This document shows, one piece after another, positions 1 through 11,460 of a DNA stretch of 64,000 bases. A program made the translations under genes and the position numbers. Numbering within the stretch: position 1 is the stretch's first letter; each line of letters begins with the position of its first letter. This stretch comes from Kondoa subrosea (Eukaryota): assembly GCA_039545335.1 (NCBI GenBank), contig BCIN01000002.1, positions 248,001 to 312,000 of the forward strand, written 5' to 3'. The notes below the pieces were generated by a model, which was given only the letters and a program-made list of their open reading frames with translations, ran no database searches and was not told the DNA's origin.

Positions 1-147
1 ACGGTCATTATGAACCTGCAATGGGAATGGACAGGCAAAAGTGAGCGTCTTCCGACAATTTGAGAACGTATCTGATCTGTTTCCAGGAAACCCAACCTAC
101 GCCTACAACAGCGGCAATTGAAGGAGCTGGTCTCTGTAGAAGTTTAG
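1..147 (+). CDS. Possible 3' end of an upstream spliced gene (product unknown)
   Basis: GTGAG...CTGAT...CCAG intron at ~41-86 followed by a short terminal open frame; reading frame ambiguous. Confidence 0.3.
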
Positions 148-492
148 AAGGCGCTGTGCGCTCACAACCAGTCGTTTAGTTTTTCAAGTTGCATTGCATC
201 AGTCGTGAGGGATATGTCTTTTGTTGACTGCGAAGAATGCTCGTTGCGCCTGCTCTTCACTTGTGTACTTCGTAGCTACGGCGATATCTCGCTGGCGCTT
301 TTTCAAGTTTCGCTTGGGTCTCTTGTTTTGAACGAGCGTCCCGAGATACCAGAACTTTGGCGTGCTATATCACCTTGCTCAGATATCTACTAGCTGGCTC
401 TTTCACTGTCCACTCGTCAAGGTTTAGCTGCCTTGAAACGTTGAAACGATTGAGACCTTGTTCTGGCTCTTACCTCTCGTCTACTCGCAATC

Positions 493-1642
493 ATGTCCCG
501 CGATTCACATCCTGAGCTAGTCCAAGAAGCGCGAGCGATAGCTGATCAATACTTACAAGAGCCTCTGCGCACGACATTTGAAGCAAGAATCGAGCGTCAA
601 AAGCTTTGGTCTTGCAGCATAGAGAATATGTCTTCAGAAGTAGTCAGAGTACTTGCGCTCAGATTCAATATCTCAAGGGCTCCCTGGCTCTTTCTCGCAG
701 ATGTTGAAGCTCAGGCCGGCCTCTTTATTTCGCGCTCTGAACATGTACCAGCAATAGGTTGGGCACTCAGCGTCAAGAGGGCCGCAAAAGAAGAGTACTA
801 TTTAGCTGGTGTACCATTGGAATTGAGTAGAGACCTGCGTTTCCTTGGACATCTTCGTCACTTCCCTCCGGCTTATGTGAAAAGGATGTTTGTGGTGCTG
901 TTGTTGCTCTTGGAAAGGTTTATGCAATGTTCTTGTTCAGATGAAGGCAGGCCGGAGAAATTGGAACGGGCTGGAGCCAAGTTTTTATCTGTGATTGTGG
1001 AAAGCGCCTACAAGTTGTATTCTTCGAATCCTGTTTCTTGTCAAGAAGCCTTCGACACGACACAGGACCAAGCATCTCCTCTATCCGCACTATTGCGACT
1101 TTGCGCGGTCATTGATAGGGATATGGCGAAGCCCTTATCATCCCGAGATGAATGGGAAGATTTGGCCTCGCTGGGGGCTGCGAATCTTGTCTTCCTTCGA
1201 TACCCACTCCAAACCTTCCGATCAAAGCCTGACTTCTTCCAGTCTTGTTTCAAGATAGAAGATCCGATTCGGCGGCCAGAGCTCTTCAAAACCTTCCCAA
1301 GGAGAAAAGCTCGACAGATTTGCATAGACTTCACAAAGCTGACGAGAATTTTATCGCTGCTTGTAACACCTGCGGGATTTGGGAGGAAGGTTGTGACGCT
1401 GCAAAGATGATCAAGCCATGCTCCGACTGTGCGGGAATGAGCTATTGTAGTGAGTGTTCTGGCATACTTTCTGCTCCCCTGGCTTATATTCTGTAAAGGC
1501 AGAGCATGACAGAAAGCTGGTTCGTGACTGCTTCCTATTATATACTGACACTGATGCCTTTGTAGATTGGCATCAGCATAAATATCAGTGCTCGAAAATC
1601 AGCAAGAATTTAGAACGTTCTGCATGGTCGCTTCTCGCATGA
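493..1642 (+). CDS. MYND-type zinc finger protein (multi-exon)
   Basis: Long first ORF from ATG 493, then spliced C-terminal CNTC...CSDC...YCS..(intron)..DWHQHKYQC, the MYND pattern. Confidence 0.7.
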
Positions 1643-2321
1643 TTTATTGTCACTCCAGCTTCTTCAATGGAATTCTTCTGGTATTGTGCGTTGTAGTTCT
1701 GCCAGGCGATCTTTCTCTGTTATTCTATTCGTCCTGTGTTTTCCACGACAGACTTTGTTGCTGCCAGACGTAATCCCACGTTCATTTGAATCTCCGAATG
1801 TCTGTCGAGACATACACTACACGTTGTGATGGCCGGCTCAGTAGGCGCTGGTGTCACGCTTTTCGTAAATGCGCAGGACGTCTCCTGCCTGACATTCTAG
1901 CTTGTTCTGCTCTGGCCAGTATGAGCTTGATGGTCTGTGCAGAATCTCCAGTCAGCGTTCTTCTACATTATCTCTGCGCCAGGGATAGCTCTATGCTCCG
2001 AGGGGGGCATTTTTTGCGCGTGCCAGCTTTCAGAATCAGTCAAGCGCATTTATTGGCCAAACCTGTCTTGGCTCGAAAAGGCCTTCACGCACGAAAATCG
2101 AAGGTTTTACGACGGCACGTCAAAACGTCAACTAGTGCAGTCCAACAATCCCTTTCGATATTTTCGCGGAACTTGAATTGGGTCCTAAGTGTTTCTTTGC
2201 ATGCTATGTGTGATAAACGTTTTGATACCTTTTCCATCCTCCTTCTTATCCATCATCCAAACCAAGTAATTCACTCCTCCTCGTCTCTGCTGTCTCCTCT
2301 AGTGCATCGTGCGAATTACAT

Positions 2322-2526
2322 GTTTCCGCAGGAAAAAAAAATTCCTGTGCGAATCTGGCTGTGATGCATCAGGCTCCTAGGAAGAGTGGTATGGCGTGCA
2401 AAAAGAAGCCTGGAAGCGGGACGAGAAAAGTAACCAAAAAATTTTCCGCCAAAAAATCCTGTTGCGAATCTGGCTGTGATGCTAGGAAGAGTGGTATGGC
2501 GTGCAAAAAGAAGCCTGAAGCGGGAC
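2322..2526. repeat. Imperfect tandem duplication (~100-120 bp period) covering the tRNA 3' end, terminator and downstream flank
   Basis: gcgaatctggctgtgatgc...ctaggaagagtggtatggcgtgcaaaaagaagcctg(g)aagcgggac occurs at ~2349-2422 and ~2464-2526, with small indels. Confidence 0.85.
2505..2509 (-). terminator. Pol III T-run terminator of the tRNA-Lys gene
   Basis: TTCTTTTT directly after the discriminator base on the minus strand. Confidence 0.65.
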
Positions 2527-2695
2527 TCGAACCCTGTAGAACATTTTTAGAATTTGGAAAATTTCGGGAAAGAAATGGCTAGACATACCGCAGCCTTTCG
2601 ATTAAAAGTCGAATGCTCTAGCCAATTGAGCTACCCTATATTTGTTTAGGCATGAGTAAACGAAGTCGGGTGGAGGGGTTGTTAATTTACCGGGC
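2512..2695 (-). tRNA. tRNA-Lys(UUU) split by two 55-nt GT-AG introns (exons 2695-2691, 2635-2589, 2533-2512)
   Basis: Joined exons read GCCCGGG TA GCTC AATTGGCTA GAGC A TTCGA CTTTTAA TCGAA AGGCT GCGGG TTCGAGT CCCGC TTCAGGC T. D, anticodon and T stems pair fully; acceptor stem has C4.A69 and two G.U pairs; A and B boxes intact. Confidence 0.8.
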
Positions 2696-2812
2696 AGGGG
2701 TCAACTGGTCTGATGTGGAGCGGAATTCCAAAAACACATATGAATATTCAACCAATTGGTTGTAGGGCATTTTGTACACACGACAGGCCGTAGTCAGTGC
2801 TGTATGCCTTAG

Positions 2813-3561
2813 TGCTCAGTAAGACCTGGCAAAGACAATCGAGAATCTGTTTCATCTTTCATCGAGATTTTGCAAAGACAACTAAGAATTTCGTTCATCG
2901 TTCAATTTCGGTCTATAGAGGACTGAGTAGAGCTCACCTCAATTATATTTGCATCAGAACTGCAATCGATAGCCGTTACTAGCCTTTTTTGGATGTAGTG
3001 ACAGCCTCAAGCTCTGAAGACTTTGTCAGATTGATTCGCGGCCAATCTTCTTTTGACACGATTGCATTGATAGAGTAAAGCATGATATAATGGAATCATA
3101 TTGAAGAGACTGTGCAGATGTGCTTGAGCAACGTTAGAATGAGGGGATTGAATGTTCTGAGACAGGTTTAAGCCAGTGTGACAATGACTTGCAGAAAGGA
3201 GCATTGCCATCATAAATGTCTGTTTAAGGAGTAGCTCGATAGCGTGGTGCAATAGCAACTGCCGAGTTTAGGCTGACCGAGCAGTTATGGAGGCATAGTT
3301 TTTGCACATGATCCGAACAACAGTCGAGAAACGAGACGGGATCATCGCGGCATAGCGAAGTCATTTGAAAGAGAAGGTAGTGCGTTGTAGTCGACTGTAA
3401 GGCGAATTACTGCTGATCTTTGGTTTGATGGCCCGCCGAACAAGTGTTGACATCGAAGTCACAGCAATGCAATCGATTCCGCATGTCGTACCACTTGAAT
3501 GAGGTAGCGAGGGTGCTCGTGGATAGCACTCTTGAAGAGTCAAGAATCGCAGAACGTACAT
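2813..3561 (-). CDS. Possible small multi-exon gene of unknown function
   Basis: Several GT..AG intron-like segments and protein-like pieces (e.g. LCRDDPVSFLDCCSDHVQKLCLHNCS); no recognisable family. Confidence 0.2.
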
Positions 3562-3611
3562 CGCATCGCTAAATCTCGAGACGAGAATTTAGGCAGCTGC
3601 TGATTGATTGG

Positions 3612-6600
3612 ATGTCTGCAGATATTTCACTATTGCCTGCAACCGTACGCGAGAACAATGCAGAGACGAAGGCGCAATCTGCAAGTCGTCGAAGCAGCTT
3701 TGCAGGCTCAAGGTCACAGAAGCAGACGAAAGGCAAGAGGCAGAGCATCAGAGCGTGCAAAGCGCGAATAGAGAAGACAAGACAACAAATGCTAGCGAAT
3801 TGCCGCACACCATGGTTCCAGGACAAGGTCTCCCTTCAATTTGCTTTGGGAATGCTTCTCTTCCTACATCGGCCAGTCCGACTCACTAAGAAGCGTTCAT
3901 GACTCGACAGCTCACCCACGGTCGAAAGCGCAAGCATGCCTTGTCTAGACAGAACTCTGCAGCTGTGAGCTCTGCTGCCAACTTGGCTGATGTCGAGGAA
4001 GGCAACAACAAGGTGTGTTCCTGCTCTCAACGCTTCATAAACAACTCACATGATGCTCAACAGAGACCCAAGCTCTTGACTCGAGGCAATCACAGCAGCG
4101 AGCCCGATTTGCGTGAATCATCTCGCAAGCGACACCGTACTTCCTCTTCATCAGGCAATGCAGGAGAGACTGCGCAAGAGGAGCTTGATCGTACTGTTCG
4201 TCGGCGCGAGCTAGAGGACAAGACGAGACTTGCGAATGTATTACCAGCTAAGACCGACAACGACAAATCTACACCCTTGCCAGCTTCTTCACCCGCTAGA
4301 GCTTTGCGTTCACCAATTCGGCAAACTCGAGTTCATGCTTCAGCTAAATCACCTCGTTTCAGTCATCGCCGACGTTTGACGATTTACAGTGATCAGACTT
4401 TTCGTCCGGGAACCAATGTTCCTGGTACACCTTTTGTCGACTCTTTTGCTCAAGCAGCATTTCAATCTCCTTTACCTTTATCCCAGTCTGAATCCTTGTT
4501 GGAGGATTTAGATTCGAAATTGAATCGTTTCCCACCTATTTTTCGTCATTCTTCAATAGATCAGTCTATGAACAGCAGTATTGTTTTCGAACAGCAAGAA
4601 GAGGATGTAGAGATGCAATCAGTAGCAGATTCAAGAAGAATTCTGCCGTTGATTTTCGATTTTGATCCGATTCCTAAAGTGGTTGCTCATTCTCGTTTCA
4701 CCCAAGAAGAAGAAGAGGAACAAAGAGTTGTGTTACCAGAATCTTCACCTTCTAATGGAGGAACAGGAGCGGATTCAGTTGGTGAAAGGCAATCACCTTC
4801 ACCTGATCGACCTGTCTCTGCACCAGTCTTTATACCAAGACTCACTACTTTGGTTACAGGAGGAAGAGGAGTGAGACCTAGATTGTACCGAAAGGGAAAG
4901 TATGACTCTTCTTCAGATATCGAATTGAAAGAGGAAGGGAATGGCACGACGAGCGAGGATGAATTAGCTAATCAATTGGGTTCGGTGGTTTTGCAAGACG
5001 ATGAAGGACGTTTTAGAGAAAAGATGAAACGAAGAGTTGGTCAAGGTGGTAGAAAGAGCGAAGGATTGAAAGGTTTGAGCGAAGCAGTTCTCTCCTCAAA
5101 TTTACAGAAATACTGATTTCTTTGGGTTTGGAAAGGCAAGAAGACGCTGCGAATGAAGATCTTGCCAGAACCATACAAGAATGGTGATCAGACTTCAAGC
5201 GATCCTTTGGCTCGATTTGCTGATCAGACCATTCGCTGATGTGTCGACCAAGCGCAATCAAAGGGAAAGGAATCTGGGTTGCGGTGTTTATAATGGGATT
5301 CGCGAGTTTCATGTGCTGATACAAGTGCAATTCCACGCTTTTTGTATGATCTTACGCATAATTTGAGACCGCAGCATTTTCGAGTGTTGAACTTCTTGAA
5401 AGCGCGTGAATGGCTTCTTCTTCTGTTCCCATTCACAATCTTGTAATTATGCCTCCGAAACCTGCAGCAACACCTAAAGCGGTGCCTCGTGATCCAGCAA
5501 CGGATCAGCTTGTGTTTGTTCTCCTCAAAGTGCCTTTGCATGAAATTGCTTCTGATGATTTTCTTGCAGTCATCGCGCTTTGAGTCAGGCAGGCAAGAAT
5601 CTCGCTGCCGCTCTACAACTACAAGGTAAGCTGTCCCTAGCCATCTACAATATAGGTCTGACCCTCTGTCCAATGTCAAACAGAACAAGTCATTCGGCAC
5701 AGAGAGCTGTTACCAAAGTACATGCTTCTACTTTGCTTGCAAAACCTGTAGCTGATCAGTGTGGTATCAATTTCCAGCGCCTTCGCCTATGCCGAGTATT
5801 CGAACCGCACGGAACCATTAGATCCTCAATCAGATGAATACTTGGCTTACTCCAAAGACATCTTTGTCAAGTCTCGAGGGAACGATATGAGAATCATCTG
5901 GCAGGAGATTATGCAATTAGCTAGTCGCGAAGAACGAATAGCCTTACGAGATACGAATAAACTCTGTCATGAGTGAGTTCTTCCTCTGTACTGGTTTTGA
6001 GCGAAAGCTGTAGTCTTATGTGGCTTTTACATCAGCATCTATGAGGAAATGGAATTCCGCGAACTGACTTTGAAGAAAGTCGTCTTCAATGCTAGATCAT
6101 CAAGTGAAATCTTGACTTTGGATTGGAGAGCGAGAAGAATCAATCCACCAGCCAAACCGAAACTCTTCTCTACCAGTCAGATTCCACCTACATTCAAAGC
6201 TGTTCCTATTCTCAGGCCGACGAAATGGTATGAGAGGGATAAAATCGTTATTAATCAAGTTTATTTCGAAACCATTGTGTTTGAAGGTGAGCAGGACATT
6301 CTCAGATTTGGGTTCGTCTTGGTTCTGAGAAAGCTTTTCACAGAGTTCCGTCGACCTTCCTACATCGACTCATTAGACTGGACATCAAAGGCATCCTTCC
6401 ATGTTGGCGTCGAAGTCCCCTCTGGTCATGTTCTGCTTGAATCCTCTTTAGTGTCTGAGCCGTTGTATGTCGCGCCTGGTCATGAACATGCGTCTGTTCT
6501 GGTCGAAAGATGGACAGCGTATGAAAACCGGGAATGGATCGAAGAAGGTGAAGTTGGAATAGATGAAGATGAGGAAGAGGAGGAAGAGGAGGAAGAGGAA

Positions 6601-7739
6601 GCAGGAACTGAATCTGAGGAAGAGGACGGATCAACCGAAGGAGGAGAAGAAGATATCTCAACTGAAGAAGATGAATCAAGACCTACTAGTCCCCATTCGG
6701 AAGCAGATCATTTCGATGTGCACACAAATGAAGATGGATCTCTAGAATCAGACAACACTTCTTTAGCTTCAAATTGTCCTATTCTGGAAGAGAAAGCACT
6801 CGCTCTACCAACTCCTATTCCTGCTCCAATTGCAGAACCTCAAACAAAAGCCGCAACATCATCAAATCCTTTTGCTTCAGCTCTTACCAATAAGGGTAAA
6901 CGTCGCGAAGGCGAGACAACAAAGCGAAGAAAAGCTATTGCACCCGTAGAACTGATTACTGGTTTCAGCATTGAAAGTATTTCACAAATTGTCGCTGGCC
7001 GATATAAAGGTGTTCCTGGTGAACAACATCCTTTACTTGGACCTGCTTCTCCTCATGTAGTGTACGACTCATCTTGGAATCGAGGATTGGCAAGAACTTC
7101 AAGAGCTTGGAAGAAGAAAGGTCCACTTTACCTCTTCATGGTGGATCGACCGGGAGGATGGATGCCTGTCGATGCTTGCGATCCAATCATCCTTAATCAG
7201 ATGAGCGAGATTATGCAGACTTTCACTTTGCAACATTTGGAATCGTAAGTGCTGTTTGACATATCCCTGCTGTTTTTTAAGCTAAGAGCAACGTATGGCG
7301 AACACAGTCTTTCTTCTTACCTCAACCTTCCTGCTCTTCCTCCGCCAGCCAAATGTCGTAATCCTTCTGTATCACCTCAAGACTTTCTGTGGAAGACATT
7401 CCTTCAAACGAATCCAGGTGAGCATTTCGGTTTTTTGATGATGTATTGTGCTGAATAAGCCGAGGGCTATCAGACGAGACCGCCGCTCTACCCAAGAACT
7501 TGCGAGACGCTATCATCGGTATGGTCATCGAAGCCTGGCGTCGTACTCTACTTTCTTCGCCTGTTTCACGCGATTCACCATTCTGCACTCATTGCTCCAG
7601 CTTGATCTGCGAGAAAGCAGCAGATCTGGAACCTTCGCTCAAGATTCTCAAAAAGGAAGCGGCCAAGTTGAGAAGGTAGATCAAGACCTCTGCTGTAGCG
7701 ATTATTGTTCGCTTACTATGAAGGCTTTCGGATTTATAG
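3612..7739 (+). CDS. Large multi-exon hypothetical protein: disordered Ser/Arg-rich N-half, possible F-box-like segment, acidic tract
   Basis: Long ORFs 3899-5116 and 6049-7248 joined by short exons; GTAAGT donor at ~7245 continues the frame into exons encoding ...PFCTHCSSLICEK...; start uncertain. Confidence 0.55.
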
Positions 7740-8166
7740 GGCTACTAATCTCTTGCGTAAATACAAATCGCAGAGCGTCGGATGCCCTTGCACAGTAAGT
7801 TCCAACGTATCGAAAAGGAAGCACTCAAACCTGACACGCAATCTTGATAGGTATGCAGAAGAAGTTATATGAGAACGCAAGTACCATAGTAATCAAAATT
7901 AATGCATTGTCGTTCAGACCCTCTCTTCTTTGTTTTGTTGCTGGTCCCGCTATGTCAGCCTTGCATTTGACGTTTACAACTTTACTCTTCTCTCCGTTTT
8001 ATGAGAGGCGTATTATGAGCCGATGTGATGTATTTCAAATGAGCGTTATGCTTGAGACGTGTATGCTATGCAGTTTTGAACCCGAGATCCCTAATAATTT
8101 ACACCTAATGACCTTTCCAATGTAGCTTGATAAAAGAAAATCCAAAAATGAGCGTGATAAAGATAT

Positions 8167-9685
8167 TTAGACCATAGTCTTCTCGCTATCAACAGAGATG
8201 ACCATGTCTTTGTCGACCAAGGAATCGTCTACAGATTTTGTATCCGAATCTTTGTCGTGGTGCTTTACAGTAGTAGAAGAGATGTGGATCTGAGAGAAAT
8301 CGGTCTTCTAGAAACACAGTCGTCAGTCACACAGTTGAGAAGTACTGATCAACGGGGAAAGATTTACTTTGGGTGATCCGACAGGGTGGCCAAAAGAACT
8401 GTGAACATGCTTGCTGGATCGGCGACCGCTTGACAGTTCAGAAAAGACGGTGCCAGAATTTGTTCCAGATGAACCAGAGTTAGAGCCAGAGCCGTTTGAT
8501 TTGCTGCTTGCATAACCTTCATTCGAGCGGCGACCGTATAGCCAGACGAGAAGCGTGAGCATGTAATCTACAAAGAAATGAGTCAGAAGAGGTCAATGTG
8601 CAGTATCTGTAGACGGACAATCACTGCTTGGAAGAGTCAAAGCCCTATCGATCATCGTTAGGCAAAGCTCAGCGTGAGAGCGAAGAAGCAGACTTACCAG
8701 AAAGCATTGGTAGCTTGCATCGAAGTAACAAGGAGAAGAATACAATAGCCAGTAGTAAGAGCATTGCTAGTGACAGTCAATACAACAAGTCTTCCCACGA
8801 TTCTGCCGCAATGATCAGTATACGGTTCCTTCGATGTTAAGAGATTTTGGTGCTTACCTTCCAACACCTTGTTCAGAGCCTAAAGCATTGGCTTTGTAGA
8901 GAGCGTAAAGAGTAAAGCCAGTAATAAATACGTCAATGGTAATTGCAGCAATCTGAAATATCATGGATCAGACTTTCGATGGAAGGACCGAAAGGCAGCC
9001 GTACATATGGTAATCGCATGAACAAGAAACTTTCTTGCGTCTGGGCGTTGGTCATAAACATGGCAGGATTTGACGAATTGTAGGCAACAAGTTGAGCTGT
9101 TACTTGACTTGCGAAAGCAAAGAGGATGAGAATGCCAAAGAAGATGACCAATATGATGCGATTTCCAAGCAGACGATAGCAGCGCCATGCATAGAAGGAC
9201 TAGTATTATGACAAATCAAATCAGCAGGGTTATGAGATATCCCAGACTGAAGTAACTCACCTGCACCAAGCAGGCAAGAGTAGCACCAATGACGTGATTT
9301 GTGACATAAGAGGGTGAGAGAGAATATAGGCTGTCCACGTTGCCAAAGTGGATACCGAAAGCTCGAATAAGGTCACCAAAAGCCAATAATGCATGAATGA
9401 GCACCAAAGCGGAAGCGACAGCGGCGATGCGGCGGAAAATTGGTCTGTCGACAGTTGTTGCAACGTAGTATCCGCCTATCGTTTTCACATCAGTCTGACA
9501 GTATACAGAGAAAGGTTGTGGATATACCTGCTACTGACAGCGCAGAACCGAACGCTAAACTGAACAAGTCGCCAAGAAGGTAAGTAGTCTGAAAGCTCAA
9601 GTATTCAGCGAAGGGCTGAAGTGGAGGAGAGAACCAGACTGACTGCGACATCAGTCACTTCTTTGTCAATGATTACAGCTGACAT
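8167..9685 (-). CDS. Multi-pass membrane protein, DUF6534-like basidiomycete family
   Basis: Hydrophobic exons (IAAVASALVLIHALLAFG; VIFFGILILFAFASQV; DVFITGFTLYALYKA) and a Ser/Gly-rich tail; ATG at 9685. Confidence 0.55.
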
Positions 9686-10228
9686 ATTGAAGTTGGGAAC
9701 GAGTGTAGGAGGAAGAGCTGATGACAATTGTGTCGTCAAGTGCAATTGTTCCCAGAGACTTCGAAAGACAGCAGAGCGGAAGGTCGTGAAGGAGAGAGAA
9801 AGAAAAGCGGGTAGGCCAATTTATTACAAGTTGTAGTGGTATAAAGTTCGGGGATGGAGAGGAGCGGGAAGACCGTGCGCAACCTTGATGCTAGACTGAG
9901 TCTCGACGTAAAGGAAAAGTGACGACGAAAGTCAAACGGGCGCGCAATTTGCCCAGAGTCAACACAGCCGTTGACGCGCTTTTGCGTACAAATCGCGCGA
10001 AAGAAGAGTACTGGAGCTATAGCAATAGCAGCAGCATAGTAGAGCAACAAGTTCAAAGCAATTGGCTTGAGATTTGATAAGCAGAAGAAGAGGAAAGTTG
10101 CAAGCGGGGACCTGACCGGCGGAACCTCAATACATGGCTAGGCAGAACAGTCGAGACACGCATTAGTCAGCGGTAAATGAATCCTCGTAAAGACACTACT
10201 AGCACAGCAGGAAGACAAAGTCAGGCGG

Positions 10229-11323
10229 TCAGAATTTTTCTTGGCTTGGTCGCAAGTCGAGCTCTTGCGTAAAGCATGATCTGTCTTGCTGACTTAAGTA
10301 GAGATAGCTGTTGGCGATAGCATCGGGATCCAGCACCGATGTAGGATCTTCGTCGTACTTGGCTTTTGCAGCTGGTCGAAGTCTATCAGTTTTAATAATG
10401 CCATCAACGCTATAAAATTCATCAGCCCTAAACGACAATCGTACAATGTCAACGACAGGATGAGACATACATTGAATGAGCGACGTGTATGCCTTGAGAC
10501 CCAAACTCTCTTGCAAGTGATTGCGACAGAGCCCGGATTGAGAACTTTCCAATGGCGAAAGCAGCAAAATTAGAGCTGCCTCGTAGAGCTGCAGATGCTC
10601 CAGTGCTACCACTTCGTCAGCTTTGAGGCGATATCGAGCGTTTCACTCACAAGATCAAAGTCCCGCGGGCTGACTTGTCGGTAGTTTCTCTGTCCAGCTA
10701 GATCAGAACTGCAGTGCCACAATACAGGTTTTGCGCCTCACGATGAGTTGAGGAAAGCCTTGATGGATTCTTGAGCAAAGACCCATGCAGGTAGTACAGC
10801 TTGATCAAAGGTGTTGTGCAGATCGGACGAAGTAAGGGATAGGAAATTGCCCTATTGAATTAGCGTGAGGATGAGGAAGAAGACAACGAAGAGCAAGGTA
10901 TACCATCGACCAGAGTCCGCCATTGTATAAGGCAAAGCGGACTGGAACTCCAGGATGATCATCCTTCACTGAGCGAAAGAGAGATTGGATAGAGCTTTCG
11001 CTATAGTCGGACAAAGAATAAGCTGAAATTGATGGCTCAATACAAGAATCAGAAGGAAAAAGCGAGCACACTCACGCTTCGCTTCACCTCCAGCTTGAGT
11101 AATCTCATTGACTACTTTAGTCAATCCATCCATTTGCCTGCCAGCAACCGCAATAGTGAATCCAGCGCGTGCAAAGATTCTCGCAGTAGATGCTCCGGTG
11201 CCAGCTGTTGCGTATTATCGTGAGTCAGATTACACAATAACAAACAGATCTGCAACTTGTCTGCAACTTACAGCCAAGTCCGACTCCCAGGATCACAGCA
11301 AGACGTTTAGTAGAGGTCGCCAT
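10229..11323 (-). CDS. Short-chain dehydrogenase/reductase
   Basis: N-terminal Rossmann motif VILGVGLG..GTGASTARIFARAGF and C-terminal DPDAIANSYLYLSQQDRSCFTQELDLRP. Confidence 0.85.
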
Positions 11324-11460
11324 TATTCCGCTCAAGTCCGCTGTGTTGCTCGATCAAAGAACAAAGAGCAGCATTAAATAATTACTAAGAGGTCACCTCA
11401 CCGGCGTTTGGTCCATAGATAGCTTCCTTTCGTATCTATAGCTGCACTCCGAGTAGTTAT

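Noticed and set aside
1786..2582. ORFs of 192 aa and 73 aa, the latter with a repeated peptide
   Set aside because: No recognisable motifs; the peptide repeat just reflects the tandem duplication antisense to the tRNA
2634..2651. Alternative tRNA 5' end GCCT + 11-nt insert + GGG, which would pair better with TTCAGGC
   Set aside because: Needs an 11-nt insert with no known removal signal, whereas the upstream GCCCG exon gives a clean 55-nt GT-AG intron and the usual Lys start. Disfavoured, but not excluded without RNA data
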